Assembly: GCF_009914755.1 (NCBI RefSeq)
Contig: NC_060947.1
Direction: 5' to 3' (one strand)
Origin: the human T2T-CHM13v2.0 reference genome, Homo sapiens
DNA: 64,000 bases
The notes beneath the pieces were generated by a model that did no database searches, had not been told where the DNA came from, and was given only the letters and a program-made list of their open reading frames with translations. Positions 1-50,231 of this stretch are shown piece by piece. Positions within the stretch are counted from its first letter, which is position 1. Each line of letters starts with the position of its first letter. Made by a program: the position numbers and the translations under genes.

Positions 1-329
1 ATTTTTTAGGAAAAGGCTATTACAAGGTTGATTTTGATTTATTACTTTTTTTTTTTCCTTTGGGATTTTTCTTTTTTTCGACTTTAAGATTAGAATGCTC
101 TCATTTCTGAGGGTTTACTATTTACTTTTTATAAAATAAGAGCAGAGAGGAAGGCGGTTTATTGATAAATTCTCTTCTAGCTTTTCTTTATGTCTTTTTG
201 CAATATTACCCCTCAACTTGAATTAATTAGGCCAATTTATGCCACCATTTTGAGTTTAAATCCAAGGAGACAAACAGGAAATTTCTGAGAAATTCTCCTT
301 TGTTGAATCATTTATACCCAACATTTTCA

Positions 330-653
330 GTTTTTTTTGTTTGTTTGTTTGTTTTTTGTTTTTTTTGTTTTGAGACAGGGTCTCACTCAGTCACCCAGGC
401 TGGAGTACAGTGGCTTGATCTCGACTCACCTCAGCCTCCGCCTCCTGGGTTCAAGTGATTCTCCTGCCTCAGCCTCCCAAGTAGCTGGGATTACAGGTGC
501 ATGCCACCATGCCTAGCTAATTTTTGTACTTTTAGTAGATATGGAGTTTTGTCATGTTGCCGAGGCTGGTATTGAACTCCTGACCTCAGGTGATCTGCCT
601 GCCTTGGCCTCCCAAAGTGCTGGGATTACAGGCGTGATCCACTGCACCTGGCC
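330..653 (-). mobile_element. Alu (AluS-like)
   Basis: Full antisense Alu with T-rich tail; flanking CCAACATTTTC duplication. Confidence 0.93.
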
Positions 654-976
654 AGTATCCAACATTTTCTAGTAATTGCATGGGCTTGGTTGCAAGCAGA
701 TGGTGGAATCTGATCATTGTCCCAAGCTCTTCCCCAAGAGTAAGACAATTTTTCATTGAATAGGTGGGTACGTTTGATTTTTTTTAACCTAGAAATTCTT
801 TAGCTTATCAGTTCAGTTCACACATTCTTGTAAATTTCTAAGTATAATATTTAAATCATACATTATGGTCTGCAAGTAGGACCATTTAATTTTCTGATAT
901 TTAATTATATCCTATTTTATTCTAGTCTCAACTGCTAGTTCTACCTAAACAATACTAGTTTAGGATTTCTTTAGAG

Positions 977-1165
977 CAGCGGTTGGTAACATATCTGGCC
1001 TGAAATTTTATTGGAACACAACCATGTTCACTTATTACATGTGATCTGTGGTTGCATTGGTGCTACAGTGGCAACTTTGAGTAGTTGTGACTGATCGAAT
1101 GACAGGTACAGCCTAAAATATTTAATGTCTTGCCATTTAAAAGAAAAAAATGGCTGAACTTTGTT
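977..1165 (+). mobile_element. MER58A-like hAT-Charlie MITE
   Basis: ttttattggaacaca...gagtagttgtgac...gcctaaaatattta motifs shared with the copy at 23452-23672. Confidence 0.65.
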
Positions 1166-1799
1166 TTAGAGTAGCAGATTTAAAGAAGAAAACACCAGTG
1201 AGGCTACCGATAACGTTATAGAAGGTGATGAATAAAGGATTATAGACGTTTATATGAAGTATACATTACAGGGTAGAGAATCAGATGAATTTTTTGGGTA
1301 AGGGATGACTCGAAGAATCATGTTAAAACTTGCTATATAGGTAGATGGGTAGTTTTTAAAGACATTTAAACAATTGGTACCCTTTTTCATTATGAAAATA
1401 TAAGGCACATGATAGCCAGGAAAAATAGATAAATAAACCATTATGTTATGAATATCAGTTCAATTTTTGTTTGGTACCTAAAAATTTACTAGGATATGCA
1501 TCAAATTGGATACTTACCCAATTGAGATGCAAGGTGTAAATATTAGTAATATTAGCATGACTTTTAAATGTTTTGTTACATTGTTTTCTAAAAGCATCAC
1601 TAGAAATATGGATTGCCACTAAAAATTAATAGACCATTAGTTTCTTAGGACCATTCTTTTTATTCTGTTTTTTTTTTTGTTAAATAAATATTTCCAATAA
1701 AGGAAAAAAGTTGTCTATATTTCAGTTTTCATAAAACAGAATGTTTAAACATTTTTTCTGATCAGAAAAGTAGCCACAAAAACTGCTATATTTTTAAAA

Positions 1800-2691
<892 letters not shown>

Positions 2692-2725
2692 TGTAATGTA
2701 CATTTTTCTATAGTGAAACAACAAT

Positions 2726-3030
<305 letters not shown>

Positions 3031-3664
3031 AAAACAACAACAACGATAACAAAAGGAGCCAAAATTACCCTCTATCTCATAGACTGCTGGGCTTACGTGA
3101 GATAATTTGCATGAAGTGCTTAGCACAGTGCCAGGATCATAGGGAATACTCAGTAAAGGAAAGATAAATGTTTTTCTAATAATGTAGAACTATTTAACTA
3201 TAGAATGACCTTCTTTGGGGGTGGAATAGTGAGCTCCCTGCTACTGGAAGCGTTTAACAGGGGGCAGAACAGACTTCTTAAAGTTTCATATGCAAAGAAA
3301 TCATCTGGACATAGTGTTAAAATGGAGATTCTTATTTAAATAGAGTCTGGCTGAGGCCTGAGAGTCTACATTTTTAGCAAGGTCCAGGTGATATTGATGT
3401 TGCCAGTTGAGTGCACTTGAGTAGCAGGAGGCTAGATGATTCCTTAGGGGGATGCTGGAGAAGCTATGTGATAATTCATCAGATGGAGCAATGAGATAGA
3501 TCTCTGCGGCCTACTGCGGGAGCCACTCACCACATGTGGTTATTGAGCATTTGAAATGTGGCTAGTCCAAATTGAGATGTGCTGTGAATGTAAAATACAC
3601 AAAAATGTAGTATGGAATAGACTAAAATATTTACTTAGTAATTTTTATATTGATTACATGCTGA

Positions 3665-4024
<360 letters not shown>

Positions 4025-4039
4025 AAGAATATTAATATT

Positions 4040-4285
4040 GGGATCGCTTGAGCCCAGAAGTTTGAGACCAGCCTGGGCAACATAGGGAGACACCGTTTCT
4101 ACAAAATAAAAAATAAAAGCCTAGTCGAGTATGGTGGTGCATGGCTATGGTCTCAGCCACTCAGGAGGCTGAGGTAGAGACTTACTCGGACCCAGGAGGT
4201 TGATGCTGCAGTGAGCCATGATAGTGCCATTGCTCTCCAGCCTGGGTGACAGAGATAGACCCTGTCTCAAAAAAAAAAAAAAACA
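4040..4285 (+). mobile_element. 5'-truncated AluJ-like
   Basis: ggatcgcttgagcccag...accctgtctc followed by poly-A. Confidence 0.85.
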
Positions 4286-4555
4286 ACAATGTTTAAAGGG
4301 CTATTAATGGAAGGAGATCAAGCAGAATCTAGAGGGTGACACAGGGTTAGAAGATTTTCTTTTTGTGGTAACCTGGGAAGAATATGAAGCTGATAGGAAA
4401 GATAAATGGAGAGGGAAGGTGGCTCTCCAGGAGCAGCAAGGAGGAGTGAGTGAGGTCTGCAAGGAGGCATAGGTAAGACTAGGTTCATGCAATATTTACA
4501 TAAACATATAAAAGATGGAAAAATGTTAATGCTGGTATCTGGGTAGTGGGGATGA

Positions 4556-5068
<513 letters not shown>

Positions 5069-5419
5069 TAGGGATAGCCAGCCCACTGACTCCAGCACTC
5101 AAGGACATAAGGCCACCCTCCAGAAGCACATGACATGAACACACCTATCTCAAGAATTATAGGATAAGCATGTGTGTATGCATGGTGAGGACTAGAAGGA
5201 GGCTTTTGACTATCAAGAGTAGCAGTGGATGTTTGGATTTCAGGTAATTGCTACCTTCCTTCCACTTTTGTGTATAGTTTAGTGATTTATAATAACTATG
5301 TATTTTTTATAATCAGAAAAAATAGTAAAGCTATTGTAATGTTGAAAACTATATATAGTCTTCACCAAAGAAATTAATAGTCCCAATGTACACTGCACTG
5401 ATAAAATCACATCTTAGGC

Positions 5420-5820
5420 TCTCATTCTCCTACTGGCCCGGAAGAAGCAGTGGCCATATTGTGAGCTGTCTGTGGAAAGGGTCACGTTGCAGGAAAACAG
5501 GGGCAGCCTCAGCAGCTGAGAGTGGCCTCTGGACAACAGCCAGAAAGAAACTGAAGCCCTCAGTGCTACAGGTGCAAGGAAATAAATTCTGCAACAATCT
5601 GGGTGAGCGTGGAAGTGGATTTTCACTCAGTCAAGTCTTAAGATAAAAATACAAGTCTGGCCGACACCTTGATTGCAGCCTTGTGAGATCCCAGAGCACA
5701 GGACCCAGTGAAGTCATGCCTGGACTCTTGATCTACAGAAACTGTGAGACAGTACATGTGTGTTGTTCTAAGCTGCTGAATTTGTGGCAAATTTTTAATG
5801 CAGCATAGAAAATTAACACA
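5420..5820 (+). mobile_element. MaLR LTR (MLT1E/F-like)
   Basis: Ends with ttctaagctgctgaatttgtggcaa...gcagcatagaaaattaacaca, a typical MLT1 3' terminus. Confidence 0.7.
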
Positions 5821-5955
5821 CACTCCTACTAGCAGTATGTGAGAATTTGAGATACTTTACATCCTTGCCAATCCTCAGTCCTTTTAACTTTGGCCACGCT
5901 GGTGGGTGTGTATTGTGATTTTAATTTTAATTTTCCTGATGAATAATAATGTTGA

Positions 5956-6685
<730 letters not shown>

Positions 6686-6963
6686 CTATAGTATAGATGA
6701 GAGCAACATAGCATAGTGGTTAAGAGCAATCCCAGCTCTGCCATTTTCTAAATTACTCTCCTAACCTTTTATGGCCTGTGTTCTCAACCGTCAAAGGGGG
6801 AAAATAATAGTACCTGTCTTATAGGGTAGTTAGGAACACAAAAAGCTCTTGGCATCACCCTTGGTACATGGTAGGTACTGCACAATGTCAGCTAATATTA
6901 TCGTCATGTGTGCTGCCTGGAGAAATTTTTAAGTGGAAAACAAAACAAACAAACAAAAACACA

Positions 6964-7286
<323 letters not shown>

Positions 7287-7447
7287 CTAAAATGAGAAAT
7301 ATCCTTTTGGAAGAACATAGTTCCAAATATTTATTCATTCAACAAATAACCATTTAGGGCCAACTTGCACTGACTTTTCCTTATAACACATAAGCAATAA
7401 ACCCTATTATTGCGTACTCTCGCGTGATTAGGGAACGTTGTTAAGAG

Positions 7448-7491
7448 GCTCAAAAATCGGACGTCATAGCTCAAAAATCGGACGTCATAGC
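7448..7491. repeat. Exact 21-bp tandem duplication GCTCAAAAATCGGACGTCATA x2
   Basis: Units at 7448-7468 and 7469-7489. Confidence 0.95.
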
Positions 7492-7782
7492 ACATTGGCT
7501 AATGGAATCACCCAGGGGCTTTGCGGTTTCCCCTTCCAGCAGCCAGAGGGGCCAGAGTCAGAAGCTGGGGGTCGGACTCTTGGCATCTTCTGGTGGATTA
7601 TGGGGTTTGGATTAACTGGGATTTCCCGTTGGTGTTTTTCTGCCTCATCTGTTTAGCTTTTTGTGGTCCCCTTTTTGGTATCCAACTTGCTCTTTCTTAA
7701 GTGAAGTTTCTGATTAAAGCAAGAGCTTCGAGTAAGGGGTCTGACCGTAATTTTTCACTGGTTAATGTCTGACGTCCAGTAG

Positions 7783-8198
<416 letters not shown>

Positions 8199-8719
8199 CT
8201 TGAACTTTATTTTCTCATTGAGCCCAGGCACCTCACTAAATTCGGCTCACCCCTATGTCTCACTTTCCTACTTTTGTTTTGAAGCCTTTGCCCCACCCCC
8301 TCCACGTTGCCGCCTTTTTCGTACTGAGCGCGCAGGGCACTACGCCCACCACTCCCCTTGACCCACTCCTCAAGCCCTGATACCGGGGCGAGGCCCCTTC
8401 CTTTTCTAGTCCTTCTACGCGCCAGGTGGGTGGGTTTCGCGGTGACGAGGCGACACCTCTTTCCCCTCTGGCGAGCACGTTAACTGGGGAAGCTACCAAA
8501 TTCTCACGCCTTAGCTGCCCTGCCTCCACCTCCCGCAAGTCCGGTTGCCCCTCTAGGCTTCTGCGCCTGCAGTGGTTCCGACCCTCGCCTTTAGAACTCT
8601 GCCGCTTCCGCCTCTTATTTCGCGCCTTTGTTTTTAGTTTTGGAAGGGGCGGAGTTGAAATGGCTGCGCCGCGGTTGCCGAAGCAACGCTTTGGTTACTT
8701 CCGTTGGTTTCAATGCTTC

Positions 8720-8791
8720 CGGGTTGGCGCTGCAGTGGCGTTTCCGACTGTGGGAGCCTCAGCTTCCCAGTCGTCCGATGAGCCCGAGCAG
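8720..8791 (+). other. SLC25A14: SLC25A14 non-coding exon 1 (start approximate)
   Basis: Strong donor CAG|GTGAGG at 8791/8792 immediately downstream of the promoter motifs. Matching acceptor with branch-like CTTAAC and pyrimidine tract ends at AG 8920-8921. Confidence 0.75.
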
Positions 8792-9093
8792 GTGAGGGGG
8801 AGCTCCTGGACTTCCAGGCTGGGGAGCGGGGCTGGGCCGCGCCAGGCCGCGCGGGGCCGGGCTGGCCTGGTTCCCGGCCTGGGAGGGGCTTAACGGTCCT
8901 CTGGTCTCTCTCTCCCCTCAGCTGAGTCCCTTCCCTGTCTTTCACTCTTCTGGCATCGGTGGTTTTACTTCTTCGATTGAACCCTGCTTCCTCGACCCCC
9001 CTGGGAGGCCGCCTTCTTCAGGCGCCTCCCTTCTCTCCACGAGCTCGCTCTGACAGCTGAGGAACTGGCAAGATCCTGCTACCCAGAGGGTGA

Positions 9094-41749
<32,656 letters not shown>

Positions 41750-42134
41750 GAACTGAATTATATGTGAGCCCAGCCCTGCCAGCCTTTCTACTCCTTTGCC
41801 CTTTTCCCGTGTTCTAATGTATTTTGACAATGTTGTAAGTGTTTACCAAGCCGTTGGTCTCCTAAGGGCCTCCTGATGGAAGAACAGTGGGGTGGTTCAA
41901 AGTTATTTCTATGTTTGTGTTACCATGTTAACTTTTCCCCGAGAGAAAGTGTTAACATTGAGACTCTGGCCCCAGATTGGTATCTTCTATGAAGATGGAT
42001 ACTGATGGGTGACATTGAAAACGGCCTGCTTTCCAAATGTGGTTAAATGTAATTGGTTAGCCCCAGACTTGGGCTAGAGCAGAAGGCATAGGCCAGGGTG
42101 GTTATTGCTATATGTGTTACAGACCTCGGTTCTC

Positions 42135-42140
42135 ATTAAA
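42135..42140 (+). terminator. SLC25A14: Likely SLC25A14 polyadenylation signal ATTAAA (alternatives AATAAA 42227-42232 and 42374-42379)
   Basis: Hexamer ~390 nt after the stop, followed by a GT/T-rich downstream element (tttggctttgtctt). Confidence 0.65.
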
Positions 42141-42854
42141 GTATTTATTGGCAGAATCACTTTGGCTTTGTCTTCATTTACTATTTTCTCCTTTGCCAAC
42201 TCTTGAAGTTACATTCTCCAGAGAATAATAAAGGAAGATAACTATGAAATTGAGACTGGACTCTTAAAGTGCACTTTTATGAGACGAGAATGAGTGCATT
42301 GTGCTTTCCCACTGCCATTCATTGTCATAATGCCACTGCTAAACGTTGGGCAGGTGGTTCTTTCTTAAACATGAATAAACAAGCAAGTGGCTCATTTGGA
42401 AGTTCCTACAGGTAAAAAGCTAAAAAAAGGCTTAAAATAGAAGCCTGTTCCCAGGGTTCTAATCATCTTACAGGTACAAAGTTCTGGCTACTTTTTTTGT
42501 ACTGAAACAGAGCCCGGCTCATTGTAGGCACTCAAATATTTGTGGAATTAATAGTTCTTCATCTTTATCCATTCATTAATTTGTTCAACATTTATTATGT
42601 ATCTATTATGTCTAGGACTATAAAATGACTAAGACATAGTGTCTGTTTTCAAGCTCACATCATAGTGGAAGAACAGATTTGTAAGTAAATAATTACAGTA
42701 GGACCTAAGTACTATGTGAGAGATGAACAAAATGCTGTGTGGGAGCACAGAGGAGGAACAGCCTTACCTAGAGGATTTGCCAAAGGCTTCATAGCACAAA
42801 TGACACTCGAGGTGAGACAGAGGAAGAGTCTATGTCACCATGAGGATAAGGCAT

Positions 42855-43510
42855 TATACATTTTGACAAATGTGTAATATGTATCTATCATTATAGAATC
42901 ATATAGAATGGTCTCACTGCCCTAAAAATCCTCTATGTTCCTCTTATTCATTCCTTCCTCTCGCCTAACCTCTGGCAACTACTGAGGCTTTTTACTGTCT
43001 CCATGGTTTTGCCTTTTCCAGAATGTCATATAGTTGGAATCATACTTTTCAGATTGGCTTTTTTTTTTTAACTTACTTATATGCATTTAAGGTTCCTCCA
43101 TGTCTTTTCGTGGCTTGATAGTTCATTTCTTTTTAGCACTGAATAATACTCTATTGTCTGGATGTACCAGTTTATTCATTCACCCACTGAAGGACATCTT
43201 GGTTGCTTCGAAGTTTTGACAATTATGAATCAAACTGCTATAAATATTTGTGTGTAGGTTTTTGTGTAGACATTTTCAACTCATTTAGGTAAATATAATA
43301 CCAAGGAGCACAGTTGCTAGATGGTACGGTAAGGGAATGTTTAGTTTTGTAAGAAACTGCCAAACTGTCTTGTGAAGTGGCTGCACCATTTTGCATTCCC
43401 AACAGCAATGAATGAGAGCTATTGTTGCTCCACATCTTCTCCAGCTTTTGGTGCTGTCATCGGTTTGGATTTTGGCCCTTCTGATAGGTATGTAGTGGTA
43501 TCTCATTGTT
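42855..43510 (-). mobile_element. L1MC-like 3' fragment
   Basis: ORF2-like peptide [13 protein letters not shown] in ORF track 43285..43506. Confidence 0.8.
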
Positions 43511-43620
43511 TATATTATTATTTTTTAAAACATTTACTATATCCATCAGATACCCTACTCATCCCCAAATTAGCAAAAGGGAACATATTTTTTGTTTCAC
43601 AATAGTACAGCTGAAAATAG

Positions 43621-43897
<277 letters not shown>

Positions 43898-44302
43898 TGA
43901 AAATAGTTTCTTGAAGGATTTATATATATTGCAAAATGGCTTTAGTTCACCTCAACCTAAATATTATTCCTTCAGAAAAACCTTCCAGTGATTTCCTCTC
44001 CCCCAGTGTAAATAACTTTCCTCATTATAATTTCATATACCACATATCAGAATTTATATCTATGTACTATATGTGTGTGATTATTTCACTAATTTCTGTA
44101 TCTCCCATCATTTGGGGCTCCATGAAAATAGGGATTATGTCAGTTTTGTTTACTACTGGGTTCTCAGTGCTTTATACAGTTATGTGCACTTAGTACACAT
44201 TTGTTAAATGAGTAAATGAACTGGTCTGTATCCAAAGGATCTGATTAAATGCCTAAAACATAGGAAAGGTTCAACAAATACTGTGGAATTTAAATTGAAT
44301 TA

Positions 44303-44506
<204 letters not shown>

Positions 44507-46029
44507 CTAAGGATTACTAAAGGTATGACCAAGTAGCAGGGCAGTGTTTTCCATGGTTTTAGTACCATATATCTGCTGGTGACTTCCAAATATACATCCT
44601 CAGCCCATACTTCTCCCCTGAACTCCATATTTCTATGTCCCACTGCTTATTCTACATCACTCTTAAAGTCTAATAGGCACAAGTTGGGCTCAGTGGCAGA
44701 CATCTGTAGCCCCAGCTACTCAGGAGGCAGAGGCAGGAGGATCACTTGAGCCCAGGAGCTTAAGGCCAGCCTGGACAACATAACAAGACCCTGTCTCTAA
44801 GAAATAAAGTCTGAAAGACACTTCACAAAACAAAATTCTGGATTTGCCCCTAAAAACCCTTTTAGTGGCTCAGGCCTTGAAGTAATCCTTAACTCTGCTT
44901 ACTCTCTTCCACAACCCACATCCTTTCCCCTAGGAAGTCATATTTGAAGGGATAAAATGATAACCAAAATCTGTAGGTTGTAAGATGCAAAAACTTTCCA
45001 CTTTTTTCCCCTTTTTTTTGAGAGGCTGGAGAATGAAACAACCTAGATAATAATAGCTAATTAATAATTAGCTTAATAATTATTAGCTATTAATAATAGG
45101 TAATACAGAGTATGGGTTTTATTATGTACCAGGTACTGTTTAAGTATTTTGTGTTTATACTCTGTCTACATCCTTACAACCAGCCCTATGAGAGTAGGTA
45201 CAATTCTCCTTTTTCAGATGAGAAACTGAGGCACAGAAAGGTGAAATACTTCTGCCTCTTAAACATGGCAGAGTCAGGATTCTAGCCCAGGCAGTCTGGC
45301 TCACGATCCCGTAATTACAATCACTATGCTTGAGGTATACTGACTTAACCTTGTCCAGAGTCACTTAAAGTTTATGGCAGGTGAGCAGTAAAGAATATTG
45401 ATTTCATTAATTCCCCTATCTTTATAGCGCCGTGGGAGAAAGAAGGTCAATAGTTTTTGTGGTTGGTCACTCTTTATCACTTAACAGTAACACTGGATTA
45501 AGATTATTTTCCTGGAGACCTGTGACTGCAAATACATCATTTCCCCTTTCTCCACTTTCTCCCGCTTCTCCCTCTTCCGTTTGTTGGCCTTTCTTCTCTG
45601 TGACCTCCTTCATCACTGCTCCACCCCCTTCTTCCTCCAGTCTGAGGACAGTTCACTAGGGGTAGCACAACAGTGTTCAAAAAGAGGGTCTTGCAGTCAG
45701 AGATGGCACACCAGAACAACATGAACTTGTTCCTGTTGTATGTAAGACCATTTGTTGAAGAATGTGGAATTATTGATACAGATGCCACTAGTTTGAAATT
45801 TAGTAATTTGGACATGGGGCTAGGCTTTCCACCCTTTCTCCTCCAATGGAAAGAAGAACTTTGTTACACTTATAAACAAATTTATAGGAGGAAGGATTAC
45901 TATGAACCTGATTATAAATTAAATCTCTATTCACCAAAGCATGTCACTTAAGGGGTAATATTTTTATTAGCCTAATCTAGTCAGGATATTGCATGTAGGT
46001 TAATAAAATTGCTGGGTATTAAAAAATAA

Positions 46030-46555
<526 letters not shown>

Positions 46556-47944
46556 TAAACACTTCATGCATCCTTGTCTCTTCCATTTATTTTGTAAATA
46601 AGAAAAACCATTTAACACTTTCATTGTATAAGATTACTAAGGGACCTAGCAATATTAAAGTGGTGGTTGGAATTTTGAATAAGAAATGTTTGGATTATGA
46701 GTCTGTTTTTCACATTTGAAATAATCTCAGAGCCATTCAGCTACAATTTCTTAGTTTAGTTTTCTCACCTTTTTTTTTTAACTACTTCTGAGATGATATG
46801 ATACCCATTTGCTTTTCTATAGGAAATGCTTTCATATTTGTTGAATGGCTCAATGGACACATCTGCAAAAATACTAAGGAGGGGTTGGTGGGTAAAAGCA
46901 CATTGAACAGTTTTGTTATACAGCATGGCATTTTACTGGGCCTGTGAGTGTGTTATCTCAGCAAGCTTATCAGCTTTTTAGTGCCTTAATGTCAACACAA
47001 TTGAGACAGAACTGGAACTGATATGGATGTATCATGGTAAATGGGAACTGTGATTCAATCGTGGGATTGTTGGGCAACATACACCAAATAAAAACAAACC
47101 TAAGCAGATGAAGAGAGCCCCTCAGGCTCTTGGCCCTACGGGGTTTTAGTTTCCCCAGTGCTTGGTAGCAACTGAATCCCGTCTGCCCCATTGTGTACAA
47201 GGCGTTTTGAAAGAAACAGGAACTGCTTTGTGCATTAAAACAGACTCATAGGCTCTTAGCAGCTGCATCAGTCGTTTCTAGGACTCCTCATGAGAGGGCT
47301 CTTTGAGCCCAGTGGCTGATTATGGTCCCAACAGCTTGTAAATGCAGGGAACATATGGCTGAGTAGTAGCATGTTAAGCTCTCATGCACTTTACCCTGCC
47401 ATGGTTGATCCATTAGGTGAAGCATATCTTGCCCTTTCAGCAAACTGCAAGACTATGGCTTCAAGGCTTCATTCAGCAGATTCAAGAACGGTTTCCTAGC
47501 TCTGCGTGAAGATGTTTTCTTATTCTCATGTCTACTCAGCATTTTATGGAGCAACTATGTCTGAAAATTTTAAGAGCCAAAACACTGAAATTGATATCTG
47601 GATATCACACTGCACTGTATTGATGGAGTTGTACTCTGTGAGAGGCATTCTTAAACTACTATGTTCTGTTAGTTCAGATTTCTGAATTTGCAGAAGGCAG
47701 ATGAACCCTGGCAGTAGGCCATATCAAAAAGTTTCCTTTTGCAAAAAAAAAAAAAAAAAAAGCAACTGGTTAACTTCCTCAGTATGATTTATTCTTTCAG
47801 GAAGCTGTGTGCTTTTATCTCTTTGGGATGTTCCTATCAGTGTGGTCTGTTCATTTATGGCTCACTTATGACTTCTCTTAGCAGGTGTCTCAGGGAAATA
47901 TTACACTTCAAGAAATGCTAGCACAAATGTGAATCAAAATTCTT

Positions 47945-48236
<292 letters not shown>

Positions 48237-49005
48237 TTATAAATATTTAATGCTCCTTGATCTAGTAATACTGCTTGGTGAATTTATCCTAAGGAATGGG
48301 ACAGAGACATGCCAATGATTTATACACAGGGATATTTATCATGCTATTATAACAGAAATTAGAAATAACCTAAGTTTTAGCACAGCTATAGGGAAATAGT
48401 TAAAGTATTATACCATTTGTTGAAAAAGCATGCAACCATTACAAGTTGTGTTTTTGAAAAAGACGACATAGGAAAATATACACAATATAATGTTAAGTGA
48501 AAAAAACAGATGAAGGAGAATAACAGTGGTCATCTCTGGATAGTATAATTATGGGTACTTTGTGATTTCCTATGTTTGCAAAATTTTTTTAATGAACAAA
48601 AGTTGTTTTTATAATCGTAAAAGAAATAGTAAACATCATTTATATATCAATCTATACCCCTAGAAGATATCCCAGCAAAGCTGGGGCAATTTTAGCACAT
48701 AGCTCTCAATGTTTGTGAGATAGGTAAGTGGACAGACGAATGAATGAATGACGATTGGCATTTGTAGGCACCATCATTGAATTTATAAGATTGCAGAAAT
48801 AACAAGTGAAGATTTTTTAATTAAAAGGAGAAAATTCCAGACCTGTCAGCAGTTTGAAGGATGACGTGGAAAATACTGAAGGAGCCACAGAATTGAGTGG
48901 CTGACAGTAGCTGAGGAGTTGTGGTCTGTCATTGGGTCCATTGCTATTCTTGTTTTTGCTGATTCTATGTGTGTCCTTAAGTATCTTGTGCCTGCTGTTT
49001 TCACT

Positions 49006-49240
49006 GGTCTCTATTCAGTTTGGCCAGTGACTGAGCATGGTGGGAATGAAATCAAGGTCATGAGTTCAATTCCCATTTGAACCAGTTAACACTTCTCCTT
49101 CTAGGGAGAAGATATCCCAAGGCTATCTCTGGCTGACACTGGACATATGGACAAGCAGGAGTGTGTTGGTCAGGGTAACCTGCCTCTAACACTTGTGAAA
49201 CCACTTAAAACACCTCTGTACAGAGGCCTATAGTGTCCTT
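49006..49240 (+). mobile_element. Ancient tRNA-derived SINE relic (MamSINE1-like)
   Basis: gagcatggtg...caaggtcatgagttcaattccc...accagtta resembles a decayed tRNA-Ile-like head with B box. Confidence 0.5.
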
Positions 49241-49349
49241 ATGTTCTTTGAGAATAGTCCTCTGAAATTGAGGTGTTGATATGTATAACCTTTCCTACCT
49301 AAGGAATTAATATAAAACTTAGTCATGTTACAATTTTAATTACAAATTC

Positions 49350-49630
49350 AGCCTGGTGCAGTGGCTTCCTCCTGTAATCACAGCACATTGAAAGGCTGAG
49401 GTGGGAGCATCACTCAAGACTATCATGAACAACATAGGGAGACCCTGTCTCTACAAAATATAAATAAATTAGCTGGGCATGGTGGCATGTGCCTGTGGTC
49501 CCAGTTACTCAGGAAGCTGAGGTGGGAAGATTGCTTGAGTCTGGGAAGTTGAAGCTACAGTGAGCTATGATCGCACCACTGCACTCCAGCCTGGGTGATG
49601 AGCGAGACCCTGTCTCTTAAAACAAAAACA
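49350..49630 (+). mobile_element. AluJ-like
   Basis: Diverged sense Alu. Confidence 0.85.
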
Positions 49631-49789
49631 CCACAAATTCACAGTAAGCTGTTCATGGAAATAATAAATGGGACTGATTGGCCTACATTGCATCCTACAA
49701 GGTATTAATATCTGGGATGTTTTGATCACCTTGCTGAACTGAATCTGGTTTCTTGGTAAGCCTATCAGGAAACAACATCAGATGTATGA

Positions 49790-50231
<442 letters not shown>

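Noticed and set aside
8426-8945. 155-aa (+) and 103-aa (-) ORFs across the promoter
   Set aside because: Expected stop-poor frames of a GC-rich CpG island; non-ATG start for the longer one; no domain similarity; they cross the exon 1 splice sites.
45050-45097. AT-rich quasi-palindrome (AATAGCTAAT...ATTAGCTATT)
   Set aside because: Low complexity at the edge of a MIR-like element; expected by chance or slippage.
49006-49085. tRNA-like sequence
   Set aside because: Too degenerate to fold as a cloverleaf; better explained as the head of an ancient SINE.
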